A stretch of 52,710 bases of DNA from Octopus bimaculoides (taxonomy: Eukaryota), in contig NC_068987.1 in NCBI RefSeq assembly GCF_001194135.2, forward strand, positions 65,944,278-65,996,987, given 5' to 3'. The first letter of the stretch is position 1. The number at the start of each line of letters is the position of its first letter. Below, piece by piece: positions 12,931 through 24,612 of this stretch. The position numbers were made by a program, and so were the translations under genes. The notes under the pieces are model-generated. The model saw only the letters and a program-made list of their open reading frames with translations, had not been told where the DNA came from and ran no database searches.

Positions 12931-13118
12931 TAGGGCCAGCACACTCAGGGCAGAGGGTAAATCGATTACATTGACCCCCAGACCTCAGCTGGTACTGATT
13001 TTATCGACTCTCCCAAGAAAGGGTGAAAGGTTAACCTCAGCGGAATTTGAACTCAGGACGTTGAAACAGACGAAATGCTGCTAACCATTTAGCACGGCGT
13101 GCTAACGATTCTGTCAGC
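12931..13118 (-). mobile_element. SINE, GTCGACTTTGCC family
   Basis: GCGGAATTTGAACTCAGGACG..CGGCGTGCTAACGATTCTGTCAGCTC is the reverse complement of the family head. Confidence 0.85.
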
Positions 13119-13139
13119 TCACCCCCTTTATGGTACCAG

Positions 13140-13560
13140 AGATATTGATGTATTGGAATATATATAAGGCATTCCTGATGCCAAATTGAAATGTCAGAAA
13201 CTAGAGGCATAGACCTCATCACCATCCCAATATTAAATTGTAATATCTATAACTACAAACGAAGAGGTTCAAAGAATTGTAACTCAACCTACATCAAGTA
13301 GCAACAAGCACCCTACAAATCTCGTAGCTGGCATTTGAAAATGCAGTGACACAGAGGATAATATAGCAAGAAAGTATTAGAGTAGTCAATATAGAATTTG
13401 GGACATATAATGAATGATGACAGTATATGAAAATCGTGTCCAGCGCGCTTGAGTGTAGGTGGGCGCATGCATCTATTTCGGAGGTGCAGAAGCCAATGCA
13501 CAAGCGGTTGAAACGGCAGCGTGAGGAGACAGCGCATATCTATACATGAGATTGTTGTAT
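13140..13560 (+). mobile_element. Possible highly decayed RTE-type LINE 3' fragment
   Basis: Weak motifs AFENAVTQRII and NLGHIMNDDSI resemble the RTE C-terminal AFEMW..RR and FGHIMR motifs. Confidence 0.3.
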
Positions 13561-14499
13561 GCTTTTAAGTCTCTGCAATTAAATGGACGATTTTTATTCA
13601 GATGTGGCCTACGATGATAATATGTGTCGTGCTAATAGTGTCCTATACGTAAAACATTAATCCATTGTTATTACCACTTGAGATATGTACAAATTTGGCA
13701 ACCCCCTAGAATTTAAGAACGTAATGTCTCTGAATGCAAGCGTAGTTCAGAAGCAAAATTTGTAACCAACGTATGAATATCAGATTGCTAGAAAGGATCC
13801 TTGGAGTATGTATTGCGATTTTGAGGACTGTATTTAAGTGAGTATCATTATAATTGATATTCTTTTCTGGTGCAGATTGGGCCGGAACAATATGAGCTAT
13901 GATAAAATTCATTCCAGTCAGTCGTAACCTTATTTTTATGTTTTCTTTAAAGCACATTGTATCAGGGTTAGTTATATCCAATTTATCCGCTTCTCAAGTC
14001 AGCAGACTGCAGTTTAAAAGAGATTTGGCTATCATTTTCAGCAATTCCATCTACTGAGTTAACGATCCTCCAGTTATTATTCTTGTAGTATATTTTCGTT
14101 TTTTGGCATCTTTAGTGATTGTTCTAAGAAAATTATGATTGGTTCCAACTGAAATTCGCCTAGTTCTGGGCAAGTGAATTAAATATTATTGTCCAATGAT
14201 CACAGACGGAAAGTTCACATGTGTGGAGTAGATCTATAAAAGCAAAATTATAAGATATAGTAATCACTTTACCATCCATTGGAGCACATCTCATTAGTAA
14301 TTTCGAACTGGGAACATATATTTGAAGTAACACGGCATTCTAAAATACGGCAATCATAGTTTGTTAGAGAAAGGTAAGGGGTAGATGATAAAGGAAGATT
14401 TATGAGCTGTCTTGGCAACTAAATTATTGCGTATGGAATAGCATGTAGGCACGCACGCATGTGGGTATATACACATGTACGTATATCACCCACACACAA

Positions 14500-14504
14500 A
14501 TGTA

Positions 14505-14596
<92 letters not shown>

Positions 14597-14700
14597 TATA
14601 TATATGTGCCTCTCTATATACATATATGTTTGTGTGTCTACGTTTGTATATGTGTATACATACACATGTATATATATATGTATGTATATGTATGATATAA
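14500..14700. repeat. (ATCT)n, (AT)n and degenerate TATG repeats
   Basis: Direct reading. Confidence 0.9.
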
Positions 14701-15183
14701 TATTACATTATCTATTTACATTATCCATGTTTACTTTCGTTAAATTTAGATTTCTAGTCATGTCTACGTAACTTAGATTGTCATAAATATACACACTCAC
14801 ACGCATACACACATGCGCGCGCGCGCGACTGAATTATTATATCTGCATCGCTATATTTAAAAATATATTGTTTTTAATATCGTTTGCTGTATGAAAATTT
14901 CTCCGTTATTAGAAAAGCAAAATTTCAAACAGAACATATAAAATACTTAAATAACCTTCTAATATATTTTCTTAAGATTATTCAATAAAATATACACCTG
15001 GAGACTATATTAATGCTAGTAATAATAGCATAGATATTGATTTATTTAGTAAAGCTATATACAGTTCTTATCTTTGATAGCTTACTCCCCTAAATTACAC
15101 CGAAGCTACAGATTTATTTTGAGGTTGCGCAAAGTCCGTGTTGATAGGGATGGGTCGCAATTCACAAAAGTCAATAAAACAAT

Positions 15184-15184
15184 A

Positions 15185-15228
<44 letters not shown>
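15184..15228. repeat. (ACT)n microsatellite
   Basis: Direct reading. Confidence 0.95.
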
Positions 15229-15594
15229 AAAGTATATAAGCTGCTGCTGCTTTCAGTGATTGGACTGCAGCTATGCTGGGGAAACGTCTTCATAGGTCGT
15301 CCTGTTCTTTTAGACAATCCTATCGAATCCTGTAAACGTTACAATCCGTTTGTTTTATACTTTAGCGAACTATATGGAATCGAAATATGTACGTTTGTTA
15401 TATGAATACAAACAAATTAATTGACACACCGGTTTACAGGAATCATGATAAAATTGGACAAGGACACGTTCACAGCCACTACGAACACACACACACACAC
15501 ACGTGCTGACACACATGTACCTGTACACTCGTATGCGCATGAGTATTAATTGTCCACACACGATTTACATTTCAACGCGTCTTGATACACATAT

Positions 15595-16570
15595 TACGAG
15601 GGAGAGTAAAAAATTGTACGCACTATTGTTTTTTCAATGTATTTACACAAAAGCAGGGGTTAAACATGGATGCCATTTTTCTATAGAATCCCCTTTCTTT
15701 TCGATGCACTTGGTCCAGCGATCCACAAGCTTGCGTATTCCTTCCTAGAAGAAGGTTTACGTTTGGTCATGCAACAATTTATGCACATCTTCCTTCACAT
15801 CTTCATGTGTAGGAAATCGACTACATCGTAAACCATCTTTGAGCCGTCCAAAGATATGATTGTCGGAAGGGGCGAGATCCGGGCTGTAGGCAGAGTGTTC
15901 CAGCACCTCAAAACCAAATCGGTTAATGGTTTCAATGGTCCGGGCGGCCGTGTGTCAGCGTGCATTGCCATGCAACAACAAGACTTTCATCAACAATAGT
16001 CTTCAGCGTTTGGTACGAATTGCTGGCTTCAGTTAGTTGGCCAGTAAAGCACTCTATCTTGCACTGTCGATCGTACACCCCTTTTTACAGATGCCCTTCT
16101 AATACAGGCCCTTTTGAGACCTCCCCAAAAGGGTTAGCCTCACTTTTCCTGCGGAACACTGAGTCTTGAACTTTTCATCAGTGGTGAAGGTTGATGGGCT
16201 TCCTGCTCCCTCTTCGTGCGTCACGCTTGTCCGGTCACTTTTAAACTTCTCGATCCACCCATAGACACTTCTACGTGGTAGTGCACTGGCCCCGTATTGT
16301 GTTAAAAGCCTCCGATGAATTTCCGCACCTGACACACATTCCGACGAGAGAAATCGGATCACTTCTCTGTGTTCCTCTTTGATACACATTGCTTGTGGCG
16401 CGTCCATGCTTAAACTGTAAAGTCAGAAAGAAAGATTGCGCAATCAGGCTGAAACTGCGATTACCTGACCACAATAATACCAACTATAACCACGCATGCG
16501 CAGAAGGCAGTGTGTCAATAATAAAGATATGTTATGGTGAAAGTGTGGATAAGTTTTGACTTCCCTTATA
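15595..16570 (-). mobile_element. Internally deleted mariner transposon with degenerate terminal inverted repeats (TIRs)
   Basis: N-terminal HTH (EHREVIRFL..GAEIHRRL..YG..RSVYGWIEKFKS), KFKTQCSAGKV, and C-terminal HSAYSPDLAPSDNHIFGRLK..GIRKLVDRWTKCIEKKGDSIEK*; ends TACGAGGGAGAGTAAAAAATT versus reverse complement TATAAGGGAAGTCAAAACTT. Confidence 0.92.
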
Positions 16571-16582
16571 TAAAAGGAAATA

Positions 16583-16757
16583 GGCAAGGTGGCAGAATTG
16601 TTAGAGCATCGGAGAAAATATTTCGCGCTATATCATTAGATATATTCTCAGGTCAAATCATACCAAGTTTGATAAAATAAAAGTCCTAGATAAATACTAG
16701 GGTCGGTGCTATTGACTACTTTGCCTCCTCTGAAAATTGCTGGCCCTGTGCCTATAT
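16583..16757 (+). mobile_element. Diverged SINE, GTCGACTTTGCC family
   Basis: GTGGCAGAATTGTTAGAGCATCGG head; AAAATTGCTGGCCCTGTGCC tail. Confidence 0.6.
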
Positions 16758-17359
16758 CAATGACATTCACATGACATAGTTTGTCATATAATTGTCAATG
16801 AAATTTAGTCTATCAATACTCTTGAATTATTATTAAGACGGAAATACTTCAGGTGTAGAATATTCAGGTGTCACATCAATAAAACCCGTGTGTAGGTTAG
16901 CGAAGATTCAAGCATAATCCAAATTAGTAGAAAAGAAAGTGTTTATCACATCTTTAAGGATCAGTTAATTTTGATTCTGTATCAGTTCTGTTTTTAACGT
17001 TAATTCAATCTAAAGTTCCATGTAAAACGTTACATAATATTTGCCGTTTTCAAACATTAGAATGGCACTTCGTTAGACTTGCATTATAGGTGCGCTCCAA
17101 AGACACGAGGCACTGGCACTAGCATAGGCTCCAAATACGCGCAAAATTATATACATGCAGGAAGCGAAAAGAAATGAAATAAATTGAGTGGGCTCTCTTA
17201 AAAGTATCTAAGAGCTCAGGACAAATATAACTTTCTATAAAAGTACAACAAAAATCATACATGTAAAAATATGTGTGTATGTATGATAGGCTTTCGCAAA
17301 GTTACTGCTTACTCACTACTACTCAATCAGCGGGTAATAATAATGATGGCTTGAAGCGT

Positions 17360-17870
17360 TGGCACAAGGTTAACGATTTTCAGTGGAAAGGAAGTCTATT
17401 AAGTTGACCGCAATTTTTGCCTGGTACTTATTTTGTTGTTGTTTGTTCCTTCTCGGGCTATGCCTGAATCATAAAGGGCCGGTTTCCTGATTTCATTGGC
17501 GTATAGGTTCCCCACCTGGATGGGACACCAGTCTGTCACGGGTGAGCTACTAAGTGCAGGAGGAAAGAGTGAGAGAAAGTTGTAGCGAAAGAGTAAGCAG
17601 AAGTTCACCATTACTTTCTGCCGGAGCCGCGTGGAGCTCAGGTGTTTCTCTCATAAGCACACACATCGCCTAGTCTGAGATTCGAACCGTAATCCCCCGA
17701 CCGCGAGTCCGCTGCTATACCTACTAGGTCATGTGCTTCAACTGGTACTTATTTTATCGACCCGAAATAGTTAAAGGTAAAGTTGTTTTTGGCGGAATTT
17801 TAATAAAGAACGTAGGGCTGGAAGACATTTCGCGATATATATATTTTGCCCGGCATGCTAACGAATTTGC
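17360..17870 (-). mobile_element. GTCGACTTTGCC-family SINE split by a nested insertion
   Basis: Tail at 17360-17434 and remainder at 17742-17870; duplicated CTGGTACTTATTTT at both junctions. Confidence 0.8.
17435..17741 (-). mobile_element. tRNA-headed SINE nested in another SINE
   Basis: 14-bp TSD CTGGTACTTATTTT (17421-17434 and 17742-17755); head and body homologous to the 20323 and 49452 copies; (CAA)-rich 3' end. Confidence 0.9.
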
Positions 17871-18057
17871 CTGTTCGACACGTTTGATCGTTTCTAATTC
17901 AGGTACAAGGCCTGAACTCGTACTTATTTTGTTTACTCAGGAATGATGAACACCAGATCCGGATTTGAACTCACAAAGTAAGAGCAGAATAAATGCTGCA
18001 AAATATTTTGTCCGACACTGAAGATCCTGACAGCTCGTTGAGCATGAAAAATACAAA

Positions 18058-18310
18058 GGCGCTGAGTTAGCAGGTAAGTTAGCACGCCGGGTGAAATGCT
18101 TATAGGTATTTTGTTTGCCGTTACGTTGTGAGTTCAAATTCCGCCGAGGTCGACTTTGCCTTTCATACTTTTGGGGTCGACTTTGCCTTTCATCCTTTTG
18201 AGGTCGACTTTGCCTTTCATCCTTTTGGGGGTCGATAAATTAAGTACCAGTTGCGTACTAGTGTCGATCCAATCGACTGGATTTCTCCCCCAAAATGTCG
18301 GCCCTTCTAC
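18058..18310 (+). mobile_element. SINE, GTCGACTTTGCC family, with an internal 27-bp triplication
   Basis: TTAGCACGCCGGGTGAAATGCTT..GAGTTCAAATTCCGCCGAGGTCGACTTTGCCTTTCA three times..TAAGTACCAGTTGCGTAC. Confidence 0.92.
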
Positions 18311-20322
18311 GTACAGAATATGAAAAATACAATACGATGAACGTCAAAATACAGTTTACGAAGTTAGGCTGGTTTGAAAGACAACGGTATTCGAAGACAA
18401 GTGCAGGGGTGAACAAATTTATACAAATAGTTTTTACAAAGATAATTACGCGGAATAAAATAATATACATATGTAATAATATATACATACATACATACAT
18501 ATATCGGCCATGACGAAGGGAAATAGCCCTGAAACTCAAGTCGCCTTTATATATATATATTTATATTTATATATTTATATATTTGATCCTTTATATTGAA
18601 CACTCAATATTTCATCTACATTCAATACTTTCTTTCATGGTGCCATCCATTTTTATGTTATTTTATTTTATATTGTATATTGTATATCATATTATATATT
18701 GTATATTCCATATTCTATACCCCACATTAGTTCTGCAGGAATATAAATAAAACATAAAAAACAGACAGTGTTGGAACTCTTTTAAGCAAAATAATATATT
18801 CCTCTATACACAATCATACAAAAACCCCCACCTTTTTTGTANNNNNNNNNNNNNNNNNNNNNNNNNNNNNNNNNNNNNNNNNNNNNNNNNNNNNNNNNNN
18901 NNNNNNNNNNNNNNNNNNNNNNNNNNNNNNNNNNNNNNNNNNNNNNNNNNNNNNNNNNNNNNNNNNNNNNNNNNNNNNNNNNGTGTTTGTGTGCATGTAT
19001 CTGTGTGCGCGTGCGTGTGTGAGGGTGAAATAATTGGTACGTAAAATAACTGCATTTAAACAGAAAATAAAAACATGAAGAATATTTGGGTTTCATGTTC
19101 ACCTACAAATACTTTTAGGAACGTAGAATGGTGGCGGTTTTTTTGTTAGCGTCTGAAGATTGACCAACCATGCATGAAACTTACCGTCATTCTTGGAGAT
19201 TCTCCTTATATTTTAATTAGTATGTGTGTCTGTGTGTGTGTGTGTGTGTACGTGTGCGTGCGTGTGTGTGTGCGTATGTGTGCGTATGTGTGAGTGTGCT
19301 CGCGCAATTATATTAAAGATGATGTATTCTCATTTGTTTAATTTCCACAGCGTAGGAGTTGCAAACTGCAGTCTAGCTGCATTAAATTGATCTCATGTAA
19401 GATATAGAAGCATAAACTTACACATGTATTTGTGTGTTCATGCATGTATATAGACTGAATGTATTCGTGGAAAACTCAAAATTCTCCATTACACGTCGCT
19501 TATCTAATATAATTACTAAAAAATCTCTGCTTGAGATATTGCTGTCGTATGTCTATTGATGTATTTGATTTGTTTCGTTCTCAGTTTTCTTCTCCTTCCT
19601 TGTAGTTTTCTCGTGGATAGTTTATCAAAGATATGACAACATCAATATATATCTTGGATATTGATTTCAACCCGTCTGCCAACGACGATATATGGAATAT
19701 TACTGACGATCAAAGTGGTTTTATTACGTTTCTTCATGCTGCCCCCAAGGTTATATTGTATCATCGGATATTTTAGTGCGAGCTAAAGATCACACTGAAT
19801 CTCATGCGATTACATTACAGGCCCTCGAGCGGGCAAGTGAGTGAGAGAGAGAGAGGGGGAGAGAGAGATGGTAGGGTTAGTAAACAATGGAACGTTTACC
19901 ACAAGGAACTGTTTCATTTATGCACAATATTGATTTGGGAAATATGGATATCGTAATATTGCAGTTAGTTTGACTACATAAATCCGAGGTATGATGGACG
20001 TTTAAGATATAACATGATTTCTTTCAGCTAAGATCAAAGATCGAAATCCGTATGAGTAAATGATTGGAACGTGTTGATGCGCATGCTTTTCCATATTTTT
20101 TAACAAATTGCATAACAATCAGAAAAGAGCTGAAGCTCTGAGGAACCGAGTTCCAGTTCTAGTACAATCATTTTAATGTATTCATAATTCGTAACATAAT
20201 TTCCGCTGTGGTAATTTATTCGTTTAATATGAGAATATATACGTTAAAGGGTTTAAACCCGCAGACCAGGTTTAGATTGAAAGCAAATATATATTCAAAT
20301 ATATTGAATATATTCATATATA

Positions 20323-20691
20323 GGAGGCACAATGGCCCAGTGGTTAGGGCAGCGAACTCGTGGTCATAGGATCGCGATGTCGATTCCCAGACCGGGCGTT
20401 GTGAGTGTTTATTGAGCGAGGCTCCGGCAGGGGATGGTGGCGAACCCTGCTGTACTCTTCCACCACAACTTTCTCTCACTCTTACTTCCTATTTCTGTTG
20501 TGCCTGTAATTCAAAGGGTCAGCCTTGTCACACTGTGTCACGCTGAATCTGCTCCGAGAACTACGTTAAGGGTTCACGTGTCTGTGGAGTGCTCAGCCAC
20601 TTGCACGTTAATTTCACGAGCAGACTGTTCCGTTGATCGGATCAACTGGAACCCTCGACGTCGTAAGCGACGGAGTGCCGACAAAACAAAC
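20323..20691 (+). mobile_element. Young full-length tRNA-headed SINE
   Basis: 11-bp TSD ATTCATATATA (20312-20322 and 20692-20702); nearly identical to 49452-49842. Confidence 0.95.
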
Positions 20692-20920
20692 ATTCATATA
20701 TAAAATATATTCACATAGTGTTAAGCTGTTTACCTCTATTCCGAAGCGCGCGTCACGCAGTATTGACACCACAATACAAATAAACCGGCACGAACGTACG
20801 CATGCGCACAAACACACATACATATTAAACATAAATAGTTAATACATCTCCCCCATGTGTGTATGTCATACATATATAAATCTATGTGCGTATACACACA
20901 TATAAATGTATGCATAAATA

Positions 20921-20960
20921 TACAGGGTGGCCCAAAGTAGGTTTATAGTTATCACATAGG
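20921..20960. mobile_element. Possible solo Tc1-type TIR end (TA-CAGGGTGGCCCAAAGTAGG)
   Basis: TA followed by CAGGGTG resembles Tc1/mariner termini; no partner found. Confidence 0.3.
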
Positions 20961-21389
20961 CACTCCAATTTAAAAAAAAATCATTTTGTTACATCTAAAT
21001 TTCTATCTTACCACCATATTGTTTATTATATAAATTAGCAAAGAATAACGGTTTCATATTGTTTTATAATTAAGATCTAAACTGTTAATATATGAATGCG
21101 AAAGAGATAATTGAATAGCTATAAACCTACTTTTATGTTTGGGCATTTTCCTTAGAAGACAGGAATTTTTGCAGCTGCAGTAAACTAGAGTGAAACAAAC
21201 AAAAAACAAAATTATTTTCACATTTTTTCCATTAGTTTCCTGAAAGATCATAACCCCAACAAACGATTACTGAAAGTAACAATAACTATATTCCTGTTAA
21301 GAATCAATATATTCATCTACACGGTAGTATATTTTTCTTACGCACATATTTCACTCTAACTCTCTATCGCAAATCATTTTTAGCCTGAG

Positions 21390-21720
21390 TGTGTGTTTAT
21401 CCATCAATCTATCTATTTGTCTATCTTTCTGTTTGTTTGTCTGTCTGTCTGTCTGTCTGTCTGCCTGCCTGCCTGCCTGCCTTTGTGTCTGCCTGTGTGT
21501 CTGCCTATTTCTCACTGACTGTTTGTGTGAAAGAATGCTTTTATGTATCAATCAATCAATCATTCATTCATTTAATCGATCATTCAATCAAATAATCCAC
21601 CAAAAAAAATTAATCAATGTATATACCTACCTATCTATCTTCCTACTGTCTATCCTTCTGTCTGTCCGTCTGTCTGACTACCTGCCCGTCTGTCTGTCTG
21701 TCACAAACATATCTATACAA
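21390..21720. repeat. Compound tetranucleotide repeats (CTAT, GTTT, CTGT, CTGC, TCAA, TTCA)
   Basis: Direct reading. Confidence 0.9.
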
Positions 21721-23334
21721 ACATGTAGGTATGATTTGTCTCCCTGCGTAGCTCACTGATTCTCCATCTCATTCTCCTTCACGACCTTATACAACAAGTA
21801 CAGTTACATCTTTTCGTACGTAGAGTAAACTTTCTTCACAAGGGTGGTGCACGCCTAGGATCTAAAGCGGATACAAGCATAATAAAGACCTAATTTAATA
21901 CCGAAATCACTTTCTATTCTAGCCTGCATTCATTTGGTCGGAATTCACAAATGAAACATCACACACACAACCAGAAATGTTCTATTAAATCATCGCAAGT
22001 ATTTACCTCGCAGTAAACACACCGCCTGGGATATTATCCTTCGATATTATCGGCAAATTCATGTTCATGTTTTAAACTCCTATTTCGGGGTTGCATCCAA
22101 TTCTATGTATGATGGTGTGATGTTCCATAATGAAAAATCTCTAGAACGGATGTAATCGGTAATGAAGCAATTTACTTTCTCGATCATCTGTCCGATACCG
22201 TTTCATATTTAAAGATAATTACAGAATAACAACGGACTCCGATTGAACCAGTAATGACAAAATATTTAATGGTAGTTGTTCATCCATCCACTCATCCACC
22301 TCTCTATCCACCCATCCATCCATCTCTCCCTGAAAGGGTCATGTGGGTAGAGACCAAAGGCAATCTATTGATGGGCCTATCAGAAACAATCGTCATCAAA
22401 CTTTCCGGTCGATTCTTAAGAGTGACCGACATTATTACGATCCTGCAACACTCTAATCATAAGATAATTATCAATATTTAATTAAACTTGGACATTTTGT
22501 ATGTATAAGATATCGCGATAATATTTACAAAACTTTAACAATTTAAATAATTGAAAATCATTCCAGAATTTCATTAACTATTATACTCTCAGAAAAATTG
22601 CAATATCTCTCTTATTCGTTCCATGTCTTCCATAGTAGACCTTGTAATATAAAGCTGTATATATANNNNNNNNNNNNNNNNNNNNNNNNNNNNNNNNNNN
22701 NNNNNNNNNNNNNNNNNNNNNNNNNNNNNNNNNNNNNNNNNNNNNNNNNNNNNNNNNNNNNNNNNNNNNNNNNNNNTATATATATATATATATATATATA
22801 TATGGAAACATAGTTACATGCCTACACTAATATGTATATGTTTATATTGAATGAAATACTTTTGTGCCCGTTCATTTTGTTAGGATTAGCAACTTGAAAT
22901 AACAAATCTATTTCAAAATCACACCCACTATATTAGAAAGGAGACCTTAGCAATAGGGCACTATTGCTCCATGGAAAAAGTTCTTGAATCTTTGATCTGG
23001 TCGACACGTAATAACTTGGAGATAATTAAGAACATGCAAGATTAGAAATAGAACTTTAACGTAGTTACAGATACGTAATAGATGAAGGCTACCTTACAGC
23101 CTCAAGAAGATACTTTTTTTTAAACGTAATGGAAAACAAATTCCAGCTGCATATCAACGTTTCACAGGCGCAACAATAAAATATGACACCAAAATCCATC
23201 CAATTACATTTCTTCTGAGTCTGCATACGTTTCTGTATCAATCGGTTAATACACATACACATATGTATGCACATGAATGTATATACACACCCATCCATAT
23301 ATACATGCATATATACTCAGATGCATTCATACAT

Positions 23335-23338
23335 GTAC

Positions 23339-23382
<44 letters not shown>

Positions 23383-23570
23383 GTATCTCTGTCTGTTTAT
23401 CTGTCTGTCTGTCTGCCTGTCTGCCTGCCTGTCTGTCCAGCCATCCGTCCATCCATCCATCCATCCATCCATCCATCCATCCATCTCTCTCTCAGTTTCT
23501 CTCTCTCTCTTTCTATCTATTTACCTATCTGTGTATGTGCGTGTGTGTATTTGTTTGTTTGTTTGTTGAT
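23335..23570. repeat. Compound (ATCT)(GTCT)(CATC)(CT) repeats
   Basis: Direct reading. Confidence 0.9.
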
Positions 23571-24560
23571 ACAAGCAAAAATATAACAGAATCCCAAATA
23601 ATAATATTCAAATAAATGCCAGTTTACTAATGAGAATTATGTTTTCATTACTACGTCTACCTTTTTAGCGGGGAAATAAAATTGTCCTCTTATAGCCTTT
23701 CTATACAAACAGCTTTAGACTATTCAATACTAGTGTGGGGTGCATTTTTGTTTTATCATGTATCCTTCCTACTTGCTCTAAACGCACATATTTTCATGTG
23801 TATATAACGTGTTCTCTATAGCAATGTCTGTAGCAGCCTGTCTAGAATCATTATGTCTTTTCAATATATTTTACAGTATATCCTTATGTCCTCTATATAT
23901 TATTATGTAATAACACAGCATAAAAATACTCACGAAGTATTCGATATACTGACCTAGAGCTACAATATTGTAATCTAATATACTTAGAAATTATACACGC
24001 CAAATATACTATGAAGTGCAACTATCAATGATAAAATTGATATCAAGATTTAATTTTGACGTTAATACATGTATCGCCTTGAGTGATTTGCTTGTGTATT
24101 TTTACTCCATATTAGACTGCAATGTATATTTATACATATATTTGCTTGTCTCTCTCTCACTCCCGCTGTCTCTCTGTCTCTCCCTTTCTATATAAATGTA
24201 TGTTTATATATGTATACATAATATATATAAATATATAATTATATATATATATACTTATATATATATATATATATATATNNNNNNNNNNNNNNNNNNNNNN
24301 NNNNNNNNNNNNNNNNNNNNNNNNNNNNNNNNNNNNNNNNNNNNNNNNNNNNNNNNNNNNNNNNNNNNNNNNNNNNNNNNNNNNNNNNNNNNNNNNNNNN
24401 NNNNNNNNNNNNNNNNNNNNNNNNNNNNNNNNNNNNNNNNNNNNNNNNNNNNNNNNNNNNNNNNNNNNNNNNNNNNNNNNNNNNNNNNNNNNNNNNNNNN
24501 NNNNNNNNNNNNNNNNNNNNNNNNNNNNNNNNNNNNNNNNNNNNNNNNNNNNNNNNNNNN

Positions 24561-24612
<52 letters not shown>

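Noticed and set aside
14805-14828. (CA)n/(CG)n alternating tract, potential Z-DNA
   Set aside because: Short and ordinary in this microsatellite-rich background
20323-20400. tRNA-like A/B boxes here and at 49456, 7400-7470, 17660-17740 and 50725
   Set aside because: These are SINE heads continuing into repeat bodies with TSDs; no complete cloverleaf seen
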